From: Somniosus microcephalus | Lineage: Eukaryota | NCBI GenBank assembly: GCA_052327205.1 | Contig: CM126206.1 | Coordinates: forward strand, 257,300,001-257,364,000 | DNA length: 64,000 nt | Reading direction: 5' to 3' | Shown here: one piece after another, positions 37,735 to 49,264 of the stretch | Layout of the letters: the number at the start of each line of letters is the position of its first letter | Position numbering within the stretch: the stretch's first letter is position 1 | The notes under the pieces: generated by a model | The model's database searches: none | What the model saw: only the letters and a program-made list of their open reading frames with translations | What the model was told of the DNA's origin: nothing | Translations under genes and position numbers: made by a program

Positions 37735-38110
37735 CGGATTCCAGAATCTCATTTGTAAAACATCCAATTTTGACTCCTGTGATAGGCAAATGTGGCAGCC
37801 AATGTGCACACAGAAAGGTCCCCACAAATAGCAAATGCAACGATGTCCAGCTAATCTGTTTTTGGTATTGGCTGAGGGCAAATGTTTGACGGGAAATGGG
37901 GAGAATTCCTCTGCTCTTCTTCAAATAGCGAGATCTTTTACGGCCAGCTGAACAGGCTAACCAGCCTTGGGTTAATATTTCGTCTGAAAGACAGCACCTC
38001 CAACAATACAGCCCTCCATCAGAACAGCATTGAAATATCAGTCTAAGTCCATAGTTGGATTCCAACCCATAATATTCTATGTCAAAGGCAAGAGTGCTAC
38101 TGCTGAACTG
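37735..38110 (-). mobile_element. Deu-SINE fragment
   Basis: GGCAGCCAATGTGCACACAG...CTCTTCTTCAAATAG...TCTGAAAGACAGCACCTCC...GGCAAGAGTGCTAC. Confidence 0.75.
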
Positions 38111-40984
38111 AATCGGAATTGGTGGTTGCGGCCAAGTCTAGAGATTGCAGCACAGAAGGAAAATAACGCATAAAAATTTGATCAAAAACTTCTTCGAAGT
38201 TATTCACTGTAGAGCCTGCCTATTTATTCACCAGAGGCATTCTACTGCTCACCATTCAGTTGAAAATACAATTCCCTTCAAACACTATACCCCACTAATG
38301 GGTGGCGTTTCACTCACTCGGCCCTATTCTTTACTCAATGGAGCAGGACTCGCTGAAACATTTTACAATGCAAGTAGAACAATGAATGAAGAGCAGGACT
38401 GGTAAAAGTTGCACAAGTCGATGCAAATTTTTGTAAATATACAGTTAATGTTTTCCTGCCAAGCAGGCCCTGTACCACAGTATATCTTGTTTTCTTTTCT
38501 CATGTCTAGGTTAAATGAGAAATGATCCTTCAGATATGTAGCAAAACAAAGGTTTTTGATTTCACTTCCAATTTGCTGAACTTGTGGTGATTGCATTTAC
38601 AAATTCTGCGAATGTGTGCTTTTCAGAAAATACCCAAGGAACACGAATTGAACCCAGTGTTTGAATTTCCTTTTTGGCTTTCAAAATAACCCAACACACA
38701 CAGTTTCTAATTTCCATCATGTATAGTAGCTCCTGTGCATTTAGAATGTTAAACATGCGAAGCATAATTAAACACCCTGCACGGAATCATAGAATGCTTA
38801 AAATTCAGTATTCTAACTATCCAAATAATCTCAACACCCTAAAACCAGCCTAATGATGTAAAGGAGTCAAAGCAACATCAGTGACTGAAAAATTATCTTC
38901 CCTCTTCTCCCACATCCCCAACCATACTTCCTTACAGACTCCTGTTGTAAAGCAGTAAATGAGGTTCAACTACCACGTCCTTTTATTACTGTACTTTTCA
39001 CCCAAATAATTATAAAAATGAAATTATAAGGGCTGTCAGTTTGTTTGTAGTTCAATCCATTGGGATAGCAGAAAATGACAAAACAAAGATTTAAGTCAAT
39101 CGAATTATACATAAATTACAAGTGTATTCATCTCGTCGCAAGTGGATGCAGGTTAGTCCTCAAAGGGTTAAGGAAAGAAATATCCAATGTGATCACTAGG
39201 ATTAGCAGCACACTTAAGACAGGGAAGTATGAGTCATATTGAGAGCAGGTGGCCTTTAAAGCAATGCTGCTATAGGAAGCTGCCATCTCTTCCATGGGTC
39301 AGATGGTTTACTTAAAAGAGTTGTCAGTCAGGACTCATTTTCTGTGATGAATGAAGCCAAGCATTCTGCAATACCGTCTTTAGGCTCAACCTAATTGAAC
39401 ACCAAATCTTTTTGCATCTGTAACCTAGAATGTTATTAAAGCTGCATTATAAAGTTATTATCAAAACTTAGCATTTACCTTTCACAAATACAGGTTGATC
39501 CATTTCATCAGAATGAAACTTTAACAACCTGCTTCACAGATAAAGTTCCTTAAGAAGGCAGAAAGTAATATTATGCAGTCAGTATTGGATAACCAGGATT
39601 AGCTGCAATGTTTCAGAAAACAAAGGCACATACAGTACACAAAACAAAGAGATGCACATCAGTGCAGTTTAAACAGGAGACTGCCAGATGGCTTTCCAAT
39701 GGAAAACACTCCATTTTGCTGGAGCTATGTTGGCTCTGTTTTATAATGATTCTACAAATAGAGCAAATCATGAACCTGGAAAGATTCCCAGTTATTTAAT
39801 TTTACATGCTGCCATTGCCCCGCTCCATTTTTTTTTAAATAAAGGGAGCAGCATTTCTATACAAGTTTAAGATAAACATAAAAAGATTTAAAGGCGGTTT
39901 GAAAAAAAAGTCTTTACATGGAGGGTGTTTATAACTGTTGACACAGAGTCCATAAGTTACTTTAAAAAATAATTTGATATTTGCATGAAAAATTAGAAGC
40001 AAGCAGGAATATGGGATTAGACGAAGTGGCTCATGTAAAGAAAAACACTGCCTCAGTAGAGCTGACCAATGTCCAGATAACACTTCACATCTCTTGTGTC
40101 AACCTACCATTCTACAGAATTCTTCCTCACTTATCAAGATAAAATTAAATATTAATTGGCCTATGCAAGTTGTGCTGAAGAAACGTTTTATTACAATGTA
40201 GCCTGCCGCCATTCTAATGATTGGGACGGTCAGCTGTAACTATTACAAAATAATATGCTCGCACTGCATTTATACTGGTGTACCTACAGCAGACCAGATC
40301 AATACTAGACTTAAAGACTGTTTTATAAGTGCACAAGTCAATGACTACACTCTGTTCATTTTAAATCAGCCGTATTTCCTCTATGTTTTTCCCATATTTC
40401 TTTTGCTCATTCGCCACCAATTGATTCTCCACATTTGAAATGCTGCCCACTTATGGACATTACACAATTTTCTGGCTTAGGACCAATAAGTCAAGCGGGC
40501 CAGAAGCTTCCACGGTTGATTCTTGACCTGGGGTGAGTTAGTTAATCTCAGCACCCCTGCTGCCTCCTGATGTAGGGCAGGATTGATTGAGATCAGCTGT
40601 AATGTCCTACACAGTTGAATAGATGGTCAACATTCATTGTACAGGCTCACACATGAAGAATAGCCACTTGGATGAGGTTTAGGTGGACTGCTGGCATCCA
40701 TTGAATTATACTCTTTCTCCACCACCCCCCACCCCACCCCCACTCAGAGGTTGGTGGTTTTAGGAACAGACGGAGAAAGCAACAGAATTATTATTTTTAA
40801 GAACCTTCTTTGGAAAGTCTAAATGGCTTACTTGCATGGTGCCATGCATCCTTTTCTCCAAAACAATTCTGGGAATGTGCAGGAGGACTATCCTTTCGGA
40901 GAGAAGGGGAAAAGAGGAAAAGCAGAAGAATGAGACTGAGACCAGAGGTTGCTGCTGTAAAGGTGGACTTAAACAAAAAAAAAA

Positions 40985-41240
40985 CTCAGCACTATTCGAA
41001 AACAGAGCAGGGAGTTTTCCCAGTGTCCTAGCCAAGATTCCTCCCTTAACCAACACTATCCGAGGGCAGGTTATCTGGTCATTCGTTCATTTACTATTTC
41101 TGAGATCCTGCTGTGTGCACATTGACGGTCACATTTACCTAATTCACAGTGGCTGCACTCAGAAATTCAGCATTTGTAAAGCACTTTGGAACATCCTGAG
41201 GACCCAATGAGACATTCTATAAATACAACTTCTTTCTTTC
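40985..41240 (+). mobile_element. Deu-SINE 3' fragment
   Basis: GCACTATTCGAAAACAGAGCAGGGAG...CTGCTGTGTGCACATTG...GTAAAGCACTTTGGAACATCCTGAGG...TATAAAT. Confidence 0.75.
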
Positions 41241-41893
41241 CAAACTTTAATTGGACCCACTAGTGTCTATAAATCAGCTTCCTCGTATCTCACCTCCAAC
41301 TACCAGATAGCTACAACCAAGTACACAGGTACCATAAAACATTGACTCCTACTGCTGGATCTAACCCAACACAAAAAATAGCCACCAATAACAGTAGGAA
41401 TCTTAGAAAATCAGAATACACTAATTTCTCTCATCTAGAACATTTCAGACCAGTCAGATCTGGTTACCACCACAATTTCTTTTTAAGTTTGTCATTTGGA
41501 ACAAATTCTGGGATTTAATTTTTTTTAACCCCAGATGGTTTCATTGACAATGGTTGAGCCCCTAGTGGTGAAACTATCAGTGCTCAAAAATGTAACCACC
41601 ACATTCTGGATAAAGATGATGCAGGTGCAAAGACCAATAATAAATTTAGATACATTTCAGAAAGTTGGTCAAAGTATCTTCTTGTAATGCAGCTGCATTT
41701 AATCTATACAACAGCAAATAATTCATTAGTGATTAAAGGAGCAGCGTGATTAGTTAGGATGCAGAATCATTTGTTAAGGGTCTTTCTTAATCCAGCTGCA
41801 GAGGCTGTAGTTTTGCTCAGCAGATAACTTTGCATGGGAGAATGCTGCTGGGCCCTTACTTCCAAGTTAGTTTCATAAACAACATTCTACAAA

Positions 41894-42240
41894 CGGTGGC
41901 ATAGTGGTTAGCACTGTTGCTCACAGCGCCAGGGACCCGGGTTTGAATCCGGCCTCGGGTGACTGTCTGTGTGGAGTTTGCACATTCTCCCCGTGTTTGC
42001 GTGGGTTTCCTCCGGGTGCTCCGGTTTCCTCCCACAGTCCAAAGATGTGCGGGTTAGGATGATTGGCTATGATAAATTGACCCTTAGTGTTACGGGGATT
42101 AAATACGTGGGGTTACGGGGATAGGGTGGGATATGTGTTGGTGTAGGGGTTACGGGGATCGGGTGGGATATGTGTCGGTGCAGGCTCGATGGGCCGAAAT
42201 GGCCTCTATCTGCACTGTGGGGTTTCTGTGATTCTGTGAA
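41894..42240 (+). mobile_element. V-SINE (HE1-like), near full length
   Basis: tRNA head GTGGCATAGTGGTTAGCACTG...GGTTTGAATCC; V-domain TGTGTGGAGTTTGCACATTCTCCCCGTG...GGTTTCCTCCCACAGTCCAAAGATGTG; CR1-like tail GGGCCGAAATGGCC...TTCTGTGA. Confidence 0.92.
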
Positions 42241-42704
42241 ATTGACTGGCTCACGGAAGACAGCGTGTTCTTTTCAGTCAGCTGTTCAAACACACACTAA
42301 TCACAGTCAACAAGCCAGAGTGGAACCAACTTTGTTAAAATTCAGAGGTAAATTATGCTGGATAAACAAAGCTGTTCCACAGCAGAGCCAAACTTTGTAG
42401 CAGTTGAGGGGGGAAAATGATAGAGTGAACAATTATACGCCCTGCAGCATGCCTAGGAGGGACTACAAACTACTCCTTTAATTGCTGCATCTGCATGGCC
42501 ATCATCTTTTGCATCTTACCTGCCACTCTAAACTCTTTGGGGTGGAATGGGGAAACACTCAGAAGTTCCCACCTTCAAAGACACTGATGGGGAAGGTAGA
42601 ACAGAACAGAAGTGCAAGTCCCTAGCATCACCAGTGCGGGCACGTCAAATGTCAGTAGGTGCCAAATCCAGAGGGGATAAATATGGGGCAACAGCAAGTG
42701 AGAA

Positions 42705-42952
42705 TATAAACAGAAAATACTGGAAACACTAAGACAGGCAGCTCGTCACATTCCCCTCCCCCCCTCATTCCCTGGCTCTGCACTTGCTTAAAAACTGTTA
42801 AATCTCTAACTTCTTCTAGTTCGGATGAAAGGTCATCGACCTGAAACGTTAACTCCTTTTCTCTCTCTATGATTGCTGCCTGACCTGCAAAGTGTTTCCA
42901 GCATTTTCTGTTTTTATTTCAGATTTCCAGCATCTCCGGTATTTTGCTTTTG
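42705..42952 (+). mobile_element. PLE pLTR-derived element with hammerhead (42818-42854) and short inverted 5' arm
   Basis: AGTT-CGGATGA-A-AGGTC-ATC-GACCT-GAAA-CG-TT-AACT plus tail. The upstream AAACAGAAAATACTGGAAACACT is the reverse complement of that tail. Confidence 0.8.
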
Positions 42953-43589
42953 AGCAAGGTTCCATGAGCCCGCTGTCTCAGTCTTTCATTATGAGATACC
43001 AACACAACAAACCCTGAACCTTTAATTTAATTTACACTTCTTCAAAATTAGAGATCTTAATGATACAACAAATAAAGACACAGGATTCTTTTTATCTTTG
43101 TTTATCTACTTCTAGATCGGCGCCTGATGGCTATCATTTAAACGAGGGCGAGCAAGGTACAAAAACCACACCCTCCATACCAGAACAGAGTGAAGTGTGG
43201 GAGTCCCTGATGCAATTTTTGCAACTTACAAACCTATATTGGAAGAATTTCCTATCCCAATATTACAATCAACTCAAGTTTAAGCCAGTGAACATCACTG
43301 CTGTAAGACTTTGAGCTTTCATTTCCAAGGTGGATTTTTAAAAATCTCTTAAATTTTTTTAACTTTCTCATCCTCGAATACGGTTTCCCAGTAGCGACCA
43401 CGGGCAGCTGACTTGCTCTTCTCAGGCCAATTCTGCTTTTTGAGGAAGACACTAGGTTAAGTACACAAGAGCAGTTCTTTTACATTGGCCTCAGAGCCAT
43501 TTGACACATGGGCAAACCACTCCCAGCAGCAACCCCAATATAAAGCTGCCAGATTTGCTACTGGGAAGACTAATTTGTGACCAGGTTAT

Positions 43590-43870
43590 TCACAGAAATC
43601 ACAGAAACCCCACAGTGCAGATAGAGGCCATTTCGGCCCATCGAGCCTGCACCGACACATATCCCACCCGATCCCCGTAACCCCAACACATATCCCACCC
43701 TATCCCTGTAACCCCACCTATTTAATCCCCCTAACACTAAGGGTCAATTTATCATAGCCAATCAACCTAACCCGCACATCTTTGGACTGTGGGAGGAAAC
43801 CGGAGCACCCGGAGAAAACCCACGCAAACACGGGGAGAATGTGCAAACTCCACACAGACAGTCGCCGGAG
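43590..43870 (-). mobile_element. V-SINE (HE1-like), 5'-truncated, inverted relative to 41894-42240
   Basis: Near-identical reverse complement of ~41955-42240, including the same duplicated GGGGTTAC..GGGAT..GGGTGGGATATGTGT segment. Confidence 0.92.
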
Positions 43871-46799
43871 GTCAGTAAACCTGCACTAGAACAGTATACA
43901 CTAAACCAATGCTGTTTATCACAGGCATTTTCAAAATAGAGCCAATCACTTATATTTGGCAAAGATATGGAAACTAAGTTACAAGAAAGCTGCTTTTAAA
44001 TAGAAAGTAGAACTTTAACGATTGACAGGACAATGACCATTAAAGGCATATCCTTTTGTAAAAAAAAATGGAAATATAGAGTTTCATTACGGTTAAAATC
44101 TAACCGAGCATTTCTACACAGTTGGTAAATTAGTGTTCACAGCAAGAAACAAGCCTCTTCCACCCCCCTGATAAAGAAACAGAAAAATATAAGCCTTTTC
44201 TCTCAAGATTTTTTTTTTTTTTTAATTAAGTACAGAGCATTGTCAAACCTCTGGCCTCACTGCATTTCATAGTCATGGTGGTGCAAGTTAAAAAAAAATG
44301 TGCAGGGAACCCATCACGTCTGTTCCTGTACCATGTGCTGCCAGAGAAACTGGGTCAGGCTGTAGTCAGGCAGAACATACAGCTGCAGTCCTCTAGGCTG
44401 GCAGAGCTCCAAAACAGCAGGCCTGGCAAAGGGGGAAGAGACACGCTGGCCTCTCCTTCACTATTTTGTTGTGAAATGAGAGAGGATTTTTTTTTTGGCT
44501 CATCTTCTCCACCCCCTTCCCCTAAGAAAAAAGGAAAAAGAAAACCTGCAGTTTGGTTTTTGTTATTAACAATAGAATTCTTGGATGGCTCTTTTATAGT
44601 TCCTTCTTTCCAAGTGGTGCCGACCATCACAGCTCTGATGTTTTTTTGAAACGCATTCGGCAAAAGAGCCTTGGCACCTGGGCGAGAGTGTGTTACAAGG
44701 ACGTAACATAATCGAGGGGCTCAGATGACATGAACCAGAGGCTGAGGTACAGCTTTGTAGCACATAGTGCAAGCTAGCTTTCTTCTCTATTCATATAAAA
44801 ATACACACCAATCATCATGAGAAAGGAGTTAAGAGTCCATTGAGATTGCTGCAGTGTACCAATGTATGATTTGCGTCAATAATTGAAAAGATACCAATTT
44901 TCAGTGATAAAATACTACAAATATTCAGAAACTAGAATTTAAAATGTGTGTGTTTAAACATTTGTGCTGTATATAAGTCTAAGACTGTTCTCTTACTGTC
45001 AAGAGAAAGTTGTTTAGACTTAGGTGGCTCATGTGGAGAAATGCACTAGTACAGATCTAATGGGCCAAATGGCCTGTTTTTGAGCCGTAAGATTCTACGG
45101 TTTGTAGCCCCTTTCAGAATTACAAGATCAAGTGATGCCGGGCAACCATTAACTAGAAGAATTAGCAACTTTGTTTTTTAAACGTTCTTGCATTACCAAG
45201 TATTGGACCAAAATGACAATAGGCAACGAATCAGGGAATCCTGGATCCTTAAACAGAATATCCTTTTATAAAGGGATTTCCTATATTTGCTATTGAATCA
45301 GCTATGAGAACAAATTGTAATCAGAGTTTGTAATGTGCCATACAGTGTTTAGAGATTACACATACAGTACCAACTGGGCCTAGTAAATCAATGGAAGGAG
45401 CTGCTGCGTGTGGAGCTACTGATTCAACAGCAGCTTCTGAACAGGCCAAAAGGTCACCAACTTCATCAAAGAGTCTTCAAAATATAGCTTTGTTTGGGGA
45501 GAAGCAGCAAAACCCTGTGCAGCCTTTTCCTCAGTGATAATGACGTGGACAAGTACTGCATCATACATCTTATTCTAATTATCTGTTTCTAAACATCTGT
45601 TACCATGTTGTTACTTGGGGCCAATGGCCCAACTATGTGACCTCAGAACGGGGATACTTGTACAGTCATGCTCACCCAGCTCCCTGGCCTCTTTCCTGCC
45701 CCCTCCTCCAATGACAGAGCCATCCCTGGCCCAGACAGCCTCAGCTTGCACCCAACCAGCTCCCTTCCCACATCCAGGCAGCCCCAGTGCAGTATCACTT
45801 GTTCTGCAACTCCTCTCAACCCTTCAAATACACTCTGCCCTAAACCCAGCAGGGGCCCTACCTCCCCACACTCTCTCTCAAATGTTGCAGTACTGGGTGC
45901 ACCATCTCAGGCTATGCCCACAGGATTGGATTCGGGCACAATTGTGACAGGAAAACCATACAGCACAAATCAGAGGCACAACCCAGCCTCAGCCCACCCC
46001 CCTCATTTCCATTCTTTATACCCAGGGACAGATTTAATCATTTCTGCAACTATCAGAGGGTTAACCACCACTCTCTTCTGCACCCCCAAGTCCAAGTCTC
46101 GATGAGAAGAGAGGAGCGAAAGAGTCGTATATGCAGGGAGATATACAAGGCATACAGTGGGAAAAGGAGGGAAGAGACATAGAAAGAGGGAGAATGAAAG
46201 TGAGCCTTGGAGTCAGAAAAAGAGAGATAAAATGAAAAAGTCTGTGAGGCATAAAGGTGGTGGCTGAGGGGGGGGGGGAACGAGAAAGAGAGGAGGGAAA
46301 GAAACTAAGTAGAAGACGCACAAAGACGGAGAGGGGCAGATGGAAAAAATTAGAGTAGAAGACAAGCAGTTACAGGGAATTTTTTTTAAAATTCCCCATG
46401 AGTAACGCCACAAGACATTTTTTTGTGTTTTATTTTCAAAAGTGGAAAATGGAGACTGGGTCTCTTTAACTAGTTGGAATAAATGACACAAATTGCTACA
46501 AGCTTCCACGAATAGTACAACTTTAACTACCTGACAGCACAAAAGATGTCCGAGAACCTGAGATCTGATAGGAGTTTATACTGCCCAAGTCTGCTATTTG
46601 TGTTTCTATCCCTGATCCAACTGGAGCAGACTCTATGGACCAACAACTGGAGGTCTGAGAGAAGCTGTTCCGCAGGCAGGCATCGATGGTATAAACTGGA
46701 TAATCTGGAAATTGGATGTAGCATTTTTTTTTAATGGGGTGGGGGGGCGGTTACTTAAAACAACTTGGGCACGAACAGCAAACTGCTCTTTGCAAAGTA

Positions 46800-47026
46800 A
46801 CAACAGAAAATGCTGGAAAAACTCAGGTCAGGCAACATCCGTGGAGAGAAATTTGAGTTGACGTTTTGGGTTGGACCCTTCTTCAAAAGGGTCCAGTTTT
46901 GAAGAAGGGTCCAACCCGAAACGTCAACTCAAATTTCTCTCCACGGATGTTGCCTGACCTGCTGAGTTTTTCCAGCATTTTCTGTTGTTATTTCGGATTT
47001 CCAACATCTGCGGTATTTTGCTATCG
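46800..47026. mobile_element. Young palindromic PLE family-B pLTR insertion with head-to-head hammerhead motifs
   Basis: ~90-bp arms (46798-46888 / 46897-46990) differ by one substitution and a 3-nt gap. Perfect 16-bp TSD TGCTCTTTGCAAAGTA (46784-46799, 47027-47042). Confidence 0.9.
46895..46929 (+). ncRNA. Minimal type I hammerhead motif, U3/G8 variant
   Basis: AGTT-TTGAAGA-A-GGGT-CCA-ACCC-GAAA-CG-TC-AACT with a GUC cleavage triplet. Confidence 0.7.
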
Positions 47027-47224
47027 TGCTCTTTGCAAAGTACTGATTAAATTGGGGGTGGGGAAGTTGCATTTATATAGCACCTGGACATCTCAAAGTG
47101 CTTTACAACCATTAGATTAAATGCAGCAGCCAATTTGCACTTAGGAAAGTCCCACAAACAGCAAGTGAGATGAACAGCCAGTTAATCTGTTGTTGATGGT
47201 GTTGTCCAGGCCGCCTAGATTTCT

Positions 47225-47324
47225 CCGTTTCTCTCTCCACAGGTGCTGCCTGATCTGCTGAGTATCTCCAGCATTTTCTGTTATTTTCAGATTTCCAGCA
47301 TCTGCAGTATTTTCTTTTTGTTCT
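47225..47324 (+). mobile_element. pLTR-tail-only mini-element without hammerhead core
   Basis: CCGTTTCTCTCTCCACAGGTGCTGCCTGATCTGCTGAG...CCAGCATCTGCAGTATTTT with 12-bp TSD GCCTAGATTTCT (47213-47224, 47325-47336). Confidence 0.85.
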
Positions 47325-47959
47325 GCCTAGATTTCTGTTAGGTAAGGGTATCCAGGGATATGGAGCAAAGACAGGTAAATGGAGTGGAGATACAGATCAG
47401 CCATGATCTAATAGAATGGCAGCAGGCTTGAGGTGCTGAATAGCCTACTGCTGTTCCTACGCCATTGGAAATTCAGCTGAATAGGCAAATGAGGCCTTGG
47501 TTTCTAGCACCTCTAACAATGCAACACACCCTTAGGGAGGAGGAGAAGGGGAGGGTGGGGCAGCAGAAGCAAGCCTTTAATGCAATAAGCCTGTTCTAGG
47601 CAGATAAAACAAGATCATGGTAATATAAAGAGCCATGGGAAATAATCTATTCAAGTTAAATACTGGATAGCAATAACTGGATAGTAGTACAGTAACTTAC
47701 TATTTTTATGAACTGTGCCAATAGTTTTTAGATCTTATAAGATAATAGTGGGCCAAATTTCATTGTTTCCCCCCACCTATAGCCCATAACCAGTGCTTTA
47801 TGTGGAGATAAATTTCCATCGACACTGGACCTCACTCAAATAGTCTTTCCCAAGCCTCAGACCTGTAGCCAAAGTATAGAACTCAAAATGCGACATCAGC
47901 TTGGATCAGCTATCTCAGTACAGATCAGGCATTGAAACAAAAACCTTCCTAGTCCAACA

Positions 47960-48170
47960 GAGGATGTTACAAATATACAGCTCATCAGTCAGCATCTGTA
48001 AAGAGAAAAGATATTTTGGGTACAACACCCTTCCCCAGAAATCAGACCAATGTTTTTGGCTGCAAGGATGCCAAGTTCTGATGAAAGGTAACACCTGAAA
48101 CATTAACCCGTTTTCTGATTGATCTGCTGTGCGTTTCCACAATGTTTTGTTTTTATGAGATTTCCAAATT
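47960..48170. mobile_element. Old palindromic mini-element; plus-strand hammerhead at 48074-48108 has an intact core
   Basis: AGTT-CTGATGA-A-AGGT-AAC-ACCT-GAAA-CA-TT-AACC. An upstream inverted arm reads CAGCATCTGTAAAGAGAAA...CCCTTCCCCAGAA. Confidence 0.6.
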
Positions 48171-49264
48171 TGTGATTTTTTTTTTTAAACCTTGCTTGTC
48201 TATATGGCTTAGTACTACAGCGGGCAGTGTGATTACCCTAGGGAGGAATGTATAGAACAGAATCAATTTGTTAGCCTTCCCAAAAGGACGCTGTAAGCCA
48301 CATCTTTTAAGAATACGACTGTACAAGGTGCACTAACGATCTTCACTTGTTTCCAAGCCATCAATTCCATACTCCAAACAAGCTTTACACTGGTCAAACC
48401 CCTCTCTCTTGGGTGAATAAAGTCTCCAGCAGGAGATTAGCACAACACACCAAACAGAACTCCCTAGCAGAATATCCGTTAGAGATTAGGTTTCGGAATT
48501 TAGATGAGCACCCATTTCAGTTTTATGGAGCGCCTAATGCTTATTGGCTGACAAGGCCCTAAATACTGGCATGGCAGAGAATCATTTCCTGAAAACCTGA
48601 ATGAGCCAGGTAAATAGCACTTCATGTTCACCTTCAAACAGATCTATTTGTACATAACAGCAAATTGCTGTATAGACTTGGAAGCAACATGAACTCAGTG
48701 AAACCACTGAGGAGGCTTTGATATCCTGCATCTTCCCTCACTCACTGGAAGGGAAACATCATCGAAGTTTAACACTAAAGTTAAAGGTGTGTTAACTTCA
48801 ACTGCACAATGACTGGACCCTCAAGAAACTAGAACTAGAACATGTCACACCTTAAGAGACAATCTGATTAACAACCCAGAGCTGCAACAGCGAATCGGTG
48901 TGAAAGATAACTGAAGGACAGACAGGTCAAAGCAGACTCCTGCACACATATTTGGCACCTCTCTAGCTACCACCCCACCCCAATCTATTCATATTCCAGG
49001 CCAAATCCACTGACGTTACACCTTTCGACCTTGCAATTTCTTAGGTAATTAAGGTGGGCATCTGAGGTTCATATCTGTGTCGAGGGAAGTTGGGCAATTC
49101 TTCAGAGCACCAGTCTCTTTCGTGTCATCCCTGTTGAAGAGGCTGTTCTATTTTGGAACACGGAAATACCAATTTCAGGCTATTCTCATTGGAAAGAACA
49201 TCTGTGTGCCCCTGGAAACAAAGAGATTCTTCGCAAAATTGTGAACAAAATAACAAATATGTAA

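Noticed and set aside
46527-46724. Minus-strand segment with two open frames between a weak AG and GTAGTT
   Set aside because: The splice signals are weak and neither peptide is recognisable.
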